This document shows, piece after piece, positions 1 to 9,720 of a DNA stretch of 20,000 nucleotides. Numbering within the stretch: position 1 is the stretch's first letter; the number at the start of each line of letters is the position of its first letter. This stretch comes from Mesotaenium endlicherianum (taxonomy: Eukaryota), in contig WELA01001870.1 in assembly GCA_009602735.1 (NCBI GenBank), positions 156,295-176,294 of the forward strand, written 5' to 3'. Under the pieces are notes generated by a model, which did not search any database, was not told where the DNA came from, and worked only from the letters and a program-made list of their open reading frames with translations. The position numbers and the translations under genes were made by a program.

Positions 1-95
1 ATTCTGCATGCCCACCACCTTCCCGTGTACACTCACACTTACCCAGACACACACACACGCACACTCACATGTGCACATACAAGCATATTGCTCAC

Positions 96-401
96 CCTGC
101 AGCGTGGGCGCTGTTGCTCTCCCCGCCCCTCTCCCCGGGGAGGCTTTGACGTTTCTTCGCGACCCCTGGAGGTCCCTTGATGTCCCTGTGGGCCAGGGAG
201 CCCTGGCCCCCATCCGACCTCGTCCTCTGGCCAGCTTTCGCCCTCTCGTCAGCCCGCCTCGGCTCGACCTTGTGGCCAGCTGTCACTTTCTCGTCCGCCA
301 TGGCCCCCAGCGCGTCCGCGATCCCGATAAGCCCTCCAAAGCTCTCACGCAGTTTCTTGTCTGCGGTCTTGTTCTGCCTCTTTGGTGGAGAGACTTCCAC
401 G
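96..401 (-). CDS. Exon 6 of trypsin-like gene ([32 protein letters not shown]...)
   Basis: Acceptor GACAG|C (phase 2) at 402/401; donor GG|GTGAGC at 96/95, followed by a 92-nt GT-rich intron ending CATGCAG at 10-4, so the gene probably continues off-window. Confidence 0.6.
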
Positions 402-3400
402 CTGTCCACAAGTGGCGGAACGTGAACGCACGTAGAGTGTGTAAGCATCCTTGTGTCATTGCTGCAATGCAACTACTGCGTAATAAATTTACTTGTAGAA
501 TTACTCTTTCTATGAAGCAGAGTCCCTGCAGACTCATAGAGCACTTGATTCAAGCTCACGTGATTCTCAATAAGTACTGCGAGGCAGCTATCTCGGGCTC
601 CAAACGGATGCAGCCACCTTGCATGTGCTGAATTGGCAACTATTGTGATGAATGTGTCCCCGTGAGAGTAATGCTGACCAGCGAATACATGAACTATGGG
701 CAGCAGTCAAGAGGAACTGAAGCAGCTCGTAATCTATCATGATTCTATGTCCACGTTTGCACAATTGCAGCTTAGGTGGGTGCAATCATTGAGGTATAGC
801 AAGAAGCAAACAGGCGCAAGGACGTCAAGGATCCAGTCTTGAAACATGGTTCTGAGAGCCAAATATGTTTACGAATGCAACCCTATCATCCATCAAAATG
901 TACATCAAAAATTAAAAAAAAGGGCAGGAAAATTTCTTCTGCTTACTGCGTTGAGATTCGAATCTCTTTCTTACTGCCATTCTCCTCCATGGCATTGTTA
1001 CGTGCCTTACTCCCGTTCGACCACAAGGGCCGGCCTGCAGAGGCCACGACATGTGGCAACAACAGAGGGGAGGCTGGCTTGGTCTTGCCAACATCCTCCT
1101 TCACCAGTAAATCATCGCCCAACTCCACCCCTGTCCTCATCCGGCTGCCGTTGCCAGCTGTCAAAAATGCCCTGGCCTGCTCTTCAAGCGACACCGTCAT
1201 TTTAGGCGGGGATGCGGCGCCGAGCAGATGCTCGGGGAGCGTGCCACCTGGCGACCTGGGATACATGCCACCTGGTGTGGGCGTCAGCGCCGCCCGGCCC
1301 ACTGGGCTGGCACCCCCCTGGCTCCCGCCCTCCGGGGGGCTTTCAAAGTTTCTCCGCAGCGCGTCAAAGTCGAGGGACCCGTGATAGGTTCGCGCGGACC
1401 TCGCCGGCTTGCTCGTGGGCGAAGCTGCGCCCCGGGGCGACTTGCTCTGCTGCTGCTGCGACGGCACAAACGACCTGCGCCCGATCGGGTGGAGCTCGAC
1501 ATCCGCCAAAGCGGCCATAACAGAGTTCGAAACTACAGACGCCAGCCTCGGGCTGCTCGCTAGGCCAGCGCCAGGTCGTGCCCTGTAGCTGCTGCTAATG
1601 CTACTTCTCAGCTGCTCTTGCGTTGCCACGCTCCCGCCCTCCTGAGCGCCCCTTGCCGCGCGCCCCTCCTCTCTGCCTGAGGCTGAGGCCGAGGCTAAGG
1701 CTGAGGCTGCCCCCTGATCCTGTGGGGCGATCTCCTTTTCCGTTGGATGTTCTGCATCTTGCGGCGAGCCTGACCCCAGGCTCCTCCGGTCCAGCAGCCT
1801 TCCCCCCCCAGCCTGGGGCGACAAGGCTGCCAGCGTCGGTGCTCGAGAGTCCGTCCACTCCTCAATCGGCATCTCCACGTCGATTCCCTCCTCCCAAATT
1901 GTCGGTCTCCCATTGGGCCCCGCCCCTGCCCCGGCTCTCATGGGGGGCTGCTGCAGGGGAGACCCGCCGGCCGGCGCACTTGATTGGCCGGCGGCGAGGC
2001 CAAATCTGGGGCTCGCCTGCTCTGTGATGGGCGACAGGTGTTTGTGCGATGCTCGCTCGGAGGCTCGCCTGAGCAGCACCTTCCCGCGCGCGCGCTTGAT
2101 CTCCTCCGAGAGGGAGGTAGCAGCAGGGGCAGCACTAGGTGGGGGGCTTTTGCTCCCCCCGCCCTCCGCCGGGGGTGTCTCCAAGTAGGAGCTCCGCCCG
2201 ACATTTTCCGAATGTCGCCGCACTCCTGATGCCGCCACTACTGCTGTGACACCTGGCGGGGTGCCAGCTGGCATGCCAGTTGGCATCTCTGGCCTCGCTG
2301 CCGCGCCTTGGGGGACGCCAGGGGGCGCGCCAGGTGGAGCCTCCTGCTGTGCCGCAGCTGGTGTTGCCTTGGCTGGCACAGCGGCAGGCAGTGCCACCTC
2401 GCCCTTTGACCGCGACGAGCCCCCTCTCTCAGGGCTGGCGATAAATCCGCGGCTAGCACCTGCACTTGCACCTGTACCGCCACCTGAACCTGCCTCTCCC
2501 CCCTCCGGCTCCCCTCTCCTTCTTAATACTGTTGTTGATGCCTTTGCCTCCCCACCCTCCACCTCCACGGGCGCCCGTTCAGGCCGCCCCTCGAGACCCG
2601 CGGCCTCCTCCACCACTCTTGCCGCAAAGGAGACCCCACTGGGACTGGCGAGAGCACCGCCGCTATGGCCACGATGGAGGTGGACTTCATTGTCCCCACC
2701 GTCCCCGCCGTCCTCGCTGTCCCTGTCATTCCTGCCGCCAGCCTTCTCCCCTCCGTCGGCGCCGTTGCCATCGGCGCCACCGTTCCCGCCATCCCGATGA
2801 CCCTCGCGGGCGTCCTGGCCGCACGCGGCCCCAACGGGGCGCACCTTATTGGCGCCCCTCCGGAGCTCGCGCAGCACGTCGTCCATGCGCTTCTTGTGGG
2901 AGCTCCGCTCGCGCTCGATGGCCGCCTCCTCCTCGGCGTCCCTCCTCTTGCGGTCGGCGCCGCCGTCTCTGCCGTCGCCGCCCACGCCCGCCTCCGTTCC
3001 GATCTGCGCCCTCGTCATCACCTTGGCTGCCAGCGACAGGAGCGATGCCGCGACCCCTCCTCCTCCTTCTCCTTCTCCTCCTGCACCTCCTCCTTCTGCA
3101 CCTTCTTCTCTGCCTTCTTCTCCTCCTGCCCCTTCAGCTCCTCCACCACCTCTTTCTACTCCTCCTTCGTCTTCTTCCTCTCCTCGGTTCTGCATAAAGC
3201 CCGCCAGGTCCGCCTGGCTGAAGAGGCCCTCCAGGTCAGCGCTGCCCTCCCCTGCCAGGGCGGCAGGGGCGGCAAGGGCGGCAGGGGCGGGGGGCCCGGC
3301 AAGCGCGGCAGGGGTCAAACCTGATGCTTCTGGGTGACCGGGCTTCTCTCCTCCTGCCAGAGCGCCGCCGCCACTGCGTGCGCCGGGAAGCTCCCGCGAG

Positions 3401-6400
3401 GAGGCTGCACCCTCTTGCCAGGTGTCGCCGGCTGGAGGGGACTTGGAAGGCGGGGAGCGCATCTCGGCAGCGGCGGAGGCGGAGGTCGTGAAGAGCGACT
3501 GCGAGGCGGCCGCATACGCTTCCATCCGCTTTCTCCCGTTCACCTGCATGCACGGACGGACACACAGCAGCCGTGGGGCAACGCACACCCCCCCAGGTAA
3601 GCTCCCAACTGAGCCCAAGTGACCAGCTGCCAGCACACCTGCTATGACCTGACGCTCTCGATCTAGGGCTAGCTGGTCCATTTCCAAATTTTAAACGGGC
3701 AGAGGGCAAAGCGACTCCTGGAATTGTTCACGGTTAGGACTCTAGGTGCAGGAACTAGAAACTTCCCTATAAGGAGGCAACGCTCGCGCCTGCAGCCTAT
3801 TGTCTGCAGTCAGCCAGGTTCAGCTCGTTGAGGCGTAACGGCGGTGAGGAGCGGAGGAGAGGGAAGCGCAGTCAAACATGCACAATGACCACTAAAAGAC
3901 CGCTCAGTTGCGCAGAAAGGGGAGCAGGGAGATGGGGTGCCGGACGGGGAGGGGGGGGAAAGCGTGGGGAGCGGGGTTGGTTCTGTGCTGCCGTGTGATC
4001 AGAAAAGTAGATGAAGAGGGGGTGTAAGCGATGGAGGTTTCCCGCACCTCCTCGCTCTTCTTCCTGTCGATGGCCTTGATCTGTTCCAGGGGGATCCCGT
4101 GCTCGTCCACCTGGACGCTCTTGCGGTGCAGGCCCCCTATGGCGCTGACACCTGTCCGCACCACGGAGGCCCCCAGGTCGCGCACGGTGTCGCCGATCTC
4201 CAGCACCATGTGGAGCGGCGGCGGCAGCGCCTGCCGGCGCTCGGCCTTCTCGGAGGAGGCGGAGGAGGCCACGTGCGCCGCCTTGGAGACGTTGCCATAG
4301 CCCTGGATGCGTCGCGTGACCTCCTGGGGTGAGATCGATGGGCTGGCCAAAGCACCAGCACCAGCACCAGCACCGGCAGCACCGGCAGCATGGGCACCAG
4401 CAGGGGCACCAGCAGAGCTGGCACCAGTACCAGCGCCAACGCTAGCAGCAGCAGCAGCAGCAGCAGGAGCACCAGCAGTAGCACTAGCACCACCAGCAGC
4501 AGGAGCAGCGCTGCTGCCTGGGGGCGGGACTGCCAGGCCGGGAGGAGCCGTTGCCTGGGGGGCAGCATCTGCTTGGGGAGCATTCGGCTGCAGGGAAGAG
4601 GCGGCTGGCAGCTCGGCAGGCCCGCGAGGGCCGGTTGAAGGGAGGGCAGGGTCCGAGGAAGGGCCTGCCTCTACGTCTGTGCGAGCCTCAGCCGCGCTCT
4701 CTGTCCCCGGAGCCGCCGCCGCCGCAGCAGAAGCCGCAGTAGCAACAGCAGCAGGCTGAGCATGCACGCCCCCGGCTTGCTCTGCGCTTGGACTCTGAAC
4801 TTGACCCCCACCTTCACCGGGTCTCTGACTTGCTGGCATCTGGCGTTGGCTCTCATAGTGCTGGACCACATCATCCACCTGGCGGCTGGCGCCTTGAGCT
4901 CCATGTCCCCCAGAACCCGCCTGTGTCTCGGGAGCGAGGACAGCTGGCGCGCTTCCTCCTCCTCCTCTCACTGCCTCATTTGTCGTCCGGCTCACAGGCG
5001 CGGAAGGCATGTGGCCTCTCCACAGTGCTGCATCGGACGATGCTACGCCGGCGCCCGTCCCCTGGCTGCCACCTGGCACACCGCCTGGTGTGCCACCTGG
5101 GCCATTCTCGTGCGGCGGCTTGGTGCTGTTCAGGCCAACCTCGACAACCTTGCGGTCTTCTGACGGTGCCAGCTTCCCTGGGAGTTGCGCGCTGGGCATA
5201 GGAGCGGCGTCCACCTGGCGCGCAGAGGTGGAGCGCCCTGCCAGCATCTTGGTGGGGCCGGCGCTGCTGGCAGGCGACGCAGCCGAGATCCGATCGCCGT
5301 GGGCGGCAAGCGGCAGCTGGCTCAGGTCCTTGATTCTGTTCAGGCTGAGCCAATCCAGGATGGCGCTCACATGTGTGCCGCCTTGCTGGGCCTCCACCTT
5401 TCCAGGCTTGGCTGCAACCACACCAAAACTCATCCCCCACATCAGGCCGGATATGTATACGACATGACAAGGTTCTGACCCCTAGACCCTAGACTAGGCC
5501 CTACACCCCAGGCTAGGCCCTACAGGCTGGGCTAGGCCCTACACCCTAGGCTAGGCCCTACACCCTAGGCCTTATCAGTTCTGGGTCTATGTGCTTGGCC
5601 CCAGTTGGCGTCTCCCTCAAATGGAGCCCCCACACCCTCAGCCGATCCTCTGCCTCAGGGGTGGGCTTGCACAAAGGTTCTCTCCACGTACGCGTGTGTG
5701 TGCGTGTGTGCGTGTGCGCGCGCATGTGCATGTGTGTATGCGCGCGCATGTGTGTGTGTGTGTGTATGCGCGCGTGCATGTGTGGGTACGTGTGAGTGTG
5801 CGTGTGCGTGTGCGTGTGTGCATGCGTGTGCGTGCGTGCGTGCGTGTGCGTGTGTGTGCGTGTGTGTCCGTGTGCGTGTGTGTGAGTATGCGCGTGCATG
5901 CGTGTGCGTGCGTGCTTGTAAGTGCGCGAGTGTGATGAGGGCTTGGAAGGCTGACTTCATCTGAAGAAGGAACCAAGCCTATCAAACACAGAATAGGAGC
6001 ACATTGCCTTGGCTTGTTGAGTTTCGGCATGCAGAGCCCTCTTCTCGGCCTCCTGTTGCAGCTCACCTTTCCCCCCCGGTCAATTGTCCTGTCACTGTTT
6101 ATTCTCTCAGAGATTCGACACTTCAAAGAAGATTAAGAGCCGGTCCTCTTCTACTGGGATGCCAAACTCAAGAGAAAGTAATCAAGTAAGCAGACACAGA
6201 AAGCCAAAGAATATGTATGAGGGAAGGATAGGAAGTGTGAAACGCACGTTCCCTCGACGAGTCGGACGTGACGGAGCGGCGCTTACCACTTGCAGGCGCC
6301 GTGACCAGGAAGCTGAAGGTCGCGTTCGCACTGAATCCCGCCGAGCCCGACGCCCAGACGGAGCGCCCCTGCTTGAGGTCCGTCGAGAAACGCAGGCCCG

Positions 6401-8878
6401 TCGAATCCTCCCCAGTCACCACGCTCGCACCAAATGTCACGAACCCCTTCTGCGGGGGCAGCTCCGTGTGGCCCAGGAGGTAGATGACGTGGCCGAGGTC
6501 CAGCACGTCGCCAGCTGGCAACGCAAATTTTGATCCTGCCTTGGCGGGGGCTGATGGCTGAGATGTGCCGCCCGTGGAAGAGCAGGCGGCGGACGGGAGT
6601 GCCAGCTGGATAGGCGTGACGTCGGGCCCGACGTCCTCGCAGGCGACAAGTGTCACGTCCAGCTCAGCGTTTGTTAGGAAGAACCTGCGTGCAGCGCGCG
6701 GGAGAGAGGGACACAACGTGGCCGTATGTCAAACTATATCTTGGGGAGTGTGTGTATCAGTAGGGACACTCTTTCAAAGAATGAAGGTGCGAAACAGACA
6801 GAACGGGAAGTAATTATACGTATAAGTGACATTCTTCAAAGAGATACATACATAGACTCCATTGCATGTCCCGTTCAACATTGAGTTATGCCATGCTTTC
6901 TAAACTTTTTCATCCTTTTTCACCAACCTCGCTGACTTCTCAAAGAGAGCTTGACGGGAGAGAGCTTGCGGGGAGCTTGCGGTGCAGGCAATACCTAGCT
7001 GGCATCAGGCGCTTAGTCAGCACAATCTTGGGCGCTTCTTCTGCTGGCAATTGGTGGCCTCTGGAGTAGCACAGCACAATCTCGGCGTTCTTGGCCACGT
7101 CGTGAGTTGACAGGCAGTCATTGGTCGTCAGCACGAGGGTCGGTGTCACGAGGACACCTGTCCCCCTTCCATCGCCGCCCGCCGAGCACGCCCTGCAGCA
7201 CCGCACACGCCTCCGATCAGCGTCATCACCATTGCACAATGCGCTAGACCAGAACGCACACACACGCACACACACACGCACACACTCACACACACACACA
7301 CGCACACACAAGCGCGAGCGCGCGCGCGCATGAGCGCGTTGCAAGCTTGGATGCAGACATACCTGCATGCGCTCATGCGCTCGCACACATACAGGCACAA
7401 GGCACACACGTGTGTACGCACAAATGCACAGCACACTCACACCCATCTTCCCCCCCTCTAATTCCCCCCCCAAACCCCCCCTCCCCCCCCACAGGTCTCG
7501 ACTGACTCCCACCNNNNNNNNNNNNNNNNNNNNNNNNNNNNNNNNNNNNNNNNNNNNNNNNNNNNNNNNNNNNNNNNNNNNNNNNNNNNNNNNNNNNNNN
7601 NNNNNNNNNNNNNNNNNNNNNNNNNNNNNNNNNNNNNNNNNNNNNNNNNNNNNNNNNNNNNNNNNNNNNNNNNNNNNNNNNNNNNNNNNNNNNNNNNNNN
7701 NNNNNNNNNNNNNNNNNNNNNNNNNNNNNNNNNNNNNNNNNNNNNNNNNNNNNNNNNNNNNNNNNNNNNNNNNNNNNNNNNNNNNNNNNNNNNNNNNNNN
7801 NNNNNNNNNNNNNNNNNNNNNNNNNNNNNNNNNNNNNNNNNNNNNNNNNNNNNNNNNNNNNNNNNNNNNNNNNNNNNNNNNNNNNNNNNNNNNNNNNNNN
7901 NNNNNNNNNNNNNNNNNNNNNNNNNNNNNNNNNNNNNNNNNNNNNNNNNNNNNNNNNNNNNNNNNNNNNNNNNNNNNNAACCTTTCCCCTCCCCCCTGAT
8001 GCAAACATCTGCAATGCTCTTTGCGGTTTGGCGACTGCTACATTTGCCCCCCACACCACCCCAACCACCCCTCCTCCGCCTCCCCCTGTTTCCCTCTGCG
8101 CTTGCGATGCATGAGATGTCAGACATAGGACGTGGCTCTCCCAGCGCATGGGCCTACAGGGAGACGCAGAGGAGGCCCTGGCTTCTGCATACACGGCGGA
8201 GGACACTCTCGGGTATCCAGCAGACCCAGCTTCCCTTGCTCTCTCTGAGTCCAAGAATGGGTTGCTCAGCTTTTGTAGACACTTCACTTGCCTCCGCCTC
8301 CCCCCCCTGGCAACTCCCCCCCGCCCTCTGCCTACCATGTGCTGCCTTTTGCTTCATCTTACACAATTGTAATCTACCACTTCAAGGTTCAAGGGGGGGT
8401 GGTGCACGCTCGGTGAGGAGTAGGAGCAGGCGAGTGCCTGCCCTGGGCCAAACAATCTTTTATATTGTATGAGCACTTACATACTTAGTATGGGTTAGAG
8501 CAGGCCAGGCTAGCTTCGGCATCTTAGGGACCTACCTCCATATGGTACATATAGTATCACACTCATACCATGTGTGCTCACAAAGTGCGTGTGCTATGTC
8601 ACTGATCAAGGTGCCACGCACTTACCCTTCGGCAGCAATGGATACACTAGCCGGGTTGCAGCTTTTCCTACTTCTCACTATACCTACCATGCACTCTATC
8701 AATTGCTAACAACCCTTTTTTGCCGCACCCCACGTCCAGATGTAAGAGCTTGGTCTTACCCGGTGATGGACACAATGGCGGCGTGGAGCTTCTGAATGGA
8801 AGCTCTGGCTGCGTTTTTGTCTCCATTGCCAGCTGCTCTCACGTGTGCCCCTGATGAGCAGCACGCGAAAAGACCCAT
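96..8878 (-). CDS. Multi-exon gene (3'-partial, continues past position 1): putative lipid-anchored protein with a degenerate trypsin-like domain and a >1300-aa low-complexity tail. Exons 8878-8760, 7192-6995, 6684-6287, 5411-4048, 3543-947, 401-96
   Basis: All six exons are joined by GT-AG introns with matching phases (2,2,1,0,2) into one open frame of 4982 nt. Motifs [52 protein letters not shown] and ILDWL resemble (from recall) the uncharacterised land-plant trypsin-like family (GTGFLIHRNLLLTTH / RFFITSSVLDLTIV / LDLGSVVYLLGY / WSPGSAGF / ICDWL). Intron 1 spans an N gap, so a hidden exon is possible. Confidence 0.75.
947..3543 (-). CDS. Exon 5 of trypsin-like gene (2.6 kb; disordered, Glu/Gly-rich tract, short coiled-coil-like segment, many SP/TP motifs)
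   Basis: Acceptor ATGCAG|GTG (phase 0) at 3544/3543; donor CA|GTAAGC (phase 2) at 947/946; lies within the 914-aa ORF 943..3687(-). Confidence 0.75.
4048..5411 (-). CDS. Exon 4 of trypsin-like gene (end of domain [13 protein letters not shown], then Ala/Gly/Pro-rich linker)
   Basis: Acceptor TTGCAG|CC (phase 1) at 5412/5411; donor GAG|GTGCGG (phase 0) at 4048/4047; lies within ORF 3904..5442(-). Confidence 0.75.
5480..5570. repeat. Intronic minisatellite: 4 x 19-bp (AGGCTAGGCCCTACACCCT) preceded by CCCTAGA x2
   Basis: Units read directly at 5491-5509, 5510-5528, 5529-5547 and 5548-5566. Confidence 0.85.
5686..5935. repeat. Alternating purine-pyrimidine (GT/GC)n simple repeat in intron 3
   Basis: Seen directly: ~250 nt of gtgtgc/gcgtgt/gcatgt. 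Confidence 0.9.
6287..6684 (-). CDS. Exon 3 of trypsin-like gene ([15 protein letters not shown]...[12 protein letters not shown]...WASGSAGF)
   Basis: Acceptor ACGCAG|G at 6685/6684; donor G|GTAAGC at 6287/6286; lies within ORF 6168..6716(-). Confidence 0.82.
6995..7192 (-). CDS. Exon 2 of trypsin-like gene ([16 protein letters not shown]...AEIVL...KRLMPAR)
   Basis: Acceptor CTGCAG at 7198-7193; donor AG|GTAT at 6995/6994; trypsin-like N-terminal strand motif GTG.LV...LVLT. Confidence 0.8.
7255..7442. repeat. (CA/CG)n simple repeat in intron 1
   Basis: Seen directly, including a (CG)n run at about 7312-7329. Confidence 0.85.
7514..7978. other. Assembly gap (465 N)
   Basis: Run of N flanked by C-rich homopolymer tracts. 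Confidence 0.99.
8760..8878 (-). CDS. Exon 1 of trypsin-like gene: [39 protein letters not shown](G)
   Basis: ATG at 8878-8876; 119 nt ending at GG|GTAAGA (phase 2), which matches the phase-2 acceptor TGCAG|G at 7192. Too short to appear in the ORF track. Confidence 0.7.
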
Positions 8879-9550
8879 CGCTGTCTCCTTCGCTTCAAGC
8901 AGGCGAGCTTCAGGAGCGCTCAGGAGATCCTCAGCGTCCAGTCTCTTCCCTAGACCTTCATTGTGCCCCCCTCTATGAAGCCTTCGTGGTGCAACGCATC
9001 TCTCAGAAGCATTTCCGTTAGCTCTTTGCTGAGACGAGGAGGTAAGTCATCTTCGGGGAACGACTATCGTGCTTCCCTGGCGACTCTACGAATCACAACG
9101 GAATTTGACAATACTGGCCGTTCATGAAGCAGAAGCAGGAAGGTAATGACATCGAGTGGAATGTATTCGGCAAAGTGACCTCGAGTTAGCTCAGAGGAAA
9201 CTAGAGGCAGGTCACTAAACGGGATTGTCAAACGACGTGCTGAAGCGGGCAATGACTGATCAGAGGAGTCTTAGCAAGGCGTGGAGGGAGCCTTTCGGAA
9301 AAAAAATAGATGGGAAGCATCGAAACAGCCCGGGTGGTAAGCAGGCCAGTGCATGCTGAGTGCATGCAGACGTTTGACATGGTTTGACATATACGACACG
9401 GCCTGGCTCAGTCCGGCTTTTCGCAGATGCAACTTAGAAAGTACAACATTATCTGCCGTGTCACTTCGGAATCCAGATGTATTGACCAATATCGGCTCAT
9501 CGTCATTGCCTTCATGCAAGCACCTGCTGTCGTCCCGAATCCCGATTCCC

Positions 9551-9720
9551 AGTCGCACCTGGTCGTACCCAGTCGTCCCCAATTGTCCCCAATCGACCTG
9601 CAATCGACCCTACCAAGTTGCTACCAGTCTCAGCTGCTGGTGCCGCCTTTACCGACACACTCAATGGATGTTTGTGTTTCAAATCTACATCAGTCTACGT
9701 TGGTCTACGTTGGTCTACAT
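9551..9720. repeat. Two short arrays of degenerate 10-bp tandem repeats
   Basis: 9551-9600: agtcgcacct/ggtcgtaccc/agtcgtcccc/aattgtcccc/aatcgacctg. 9681-9720: aaatctacat/cagtctacgt/tggtctacgt/tggtctacat. Confidence 0.65.

Noticed and set aside
943..947. In-frame stop codons overlapping splice donors (also at 92-94 and 8756-8758) as a regulated truncation mechanism
   Set aside because: An automatic consequence of phase-2 introns starting GTAA/GTGA.
839..5478. Many plus-strand and alternative-frame ORFs
   Set aside because: Shadow ORFs of GC-rich minus-strand exons, with no motifs or splice support.
5491..5566. CRISPR-like array
   Set aside because: Contiguous tandem units with no unique spacers, in a eukaryotic intron with no cas genes.
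5558..6126. His/Thr- and Val/Cys-rich ORFs
   Set aside because: Translations of an intronic (GT/CA)n simple repeat.
6940..8338. Long ORFs spanning the N gap
   Set aside because: Open only because N codons contain no stops; only 6995-7192 is credibly coding.
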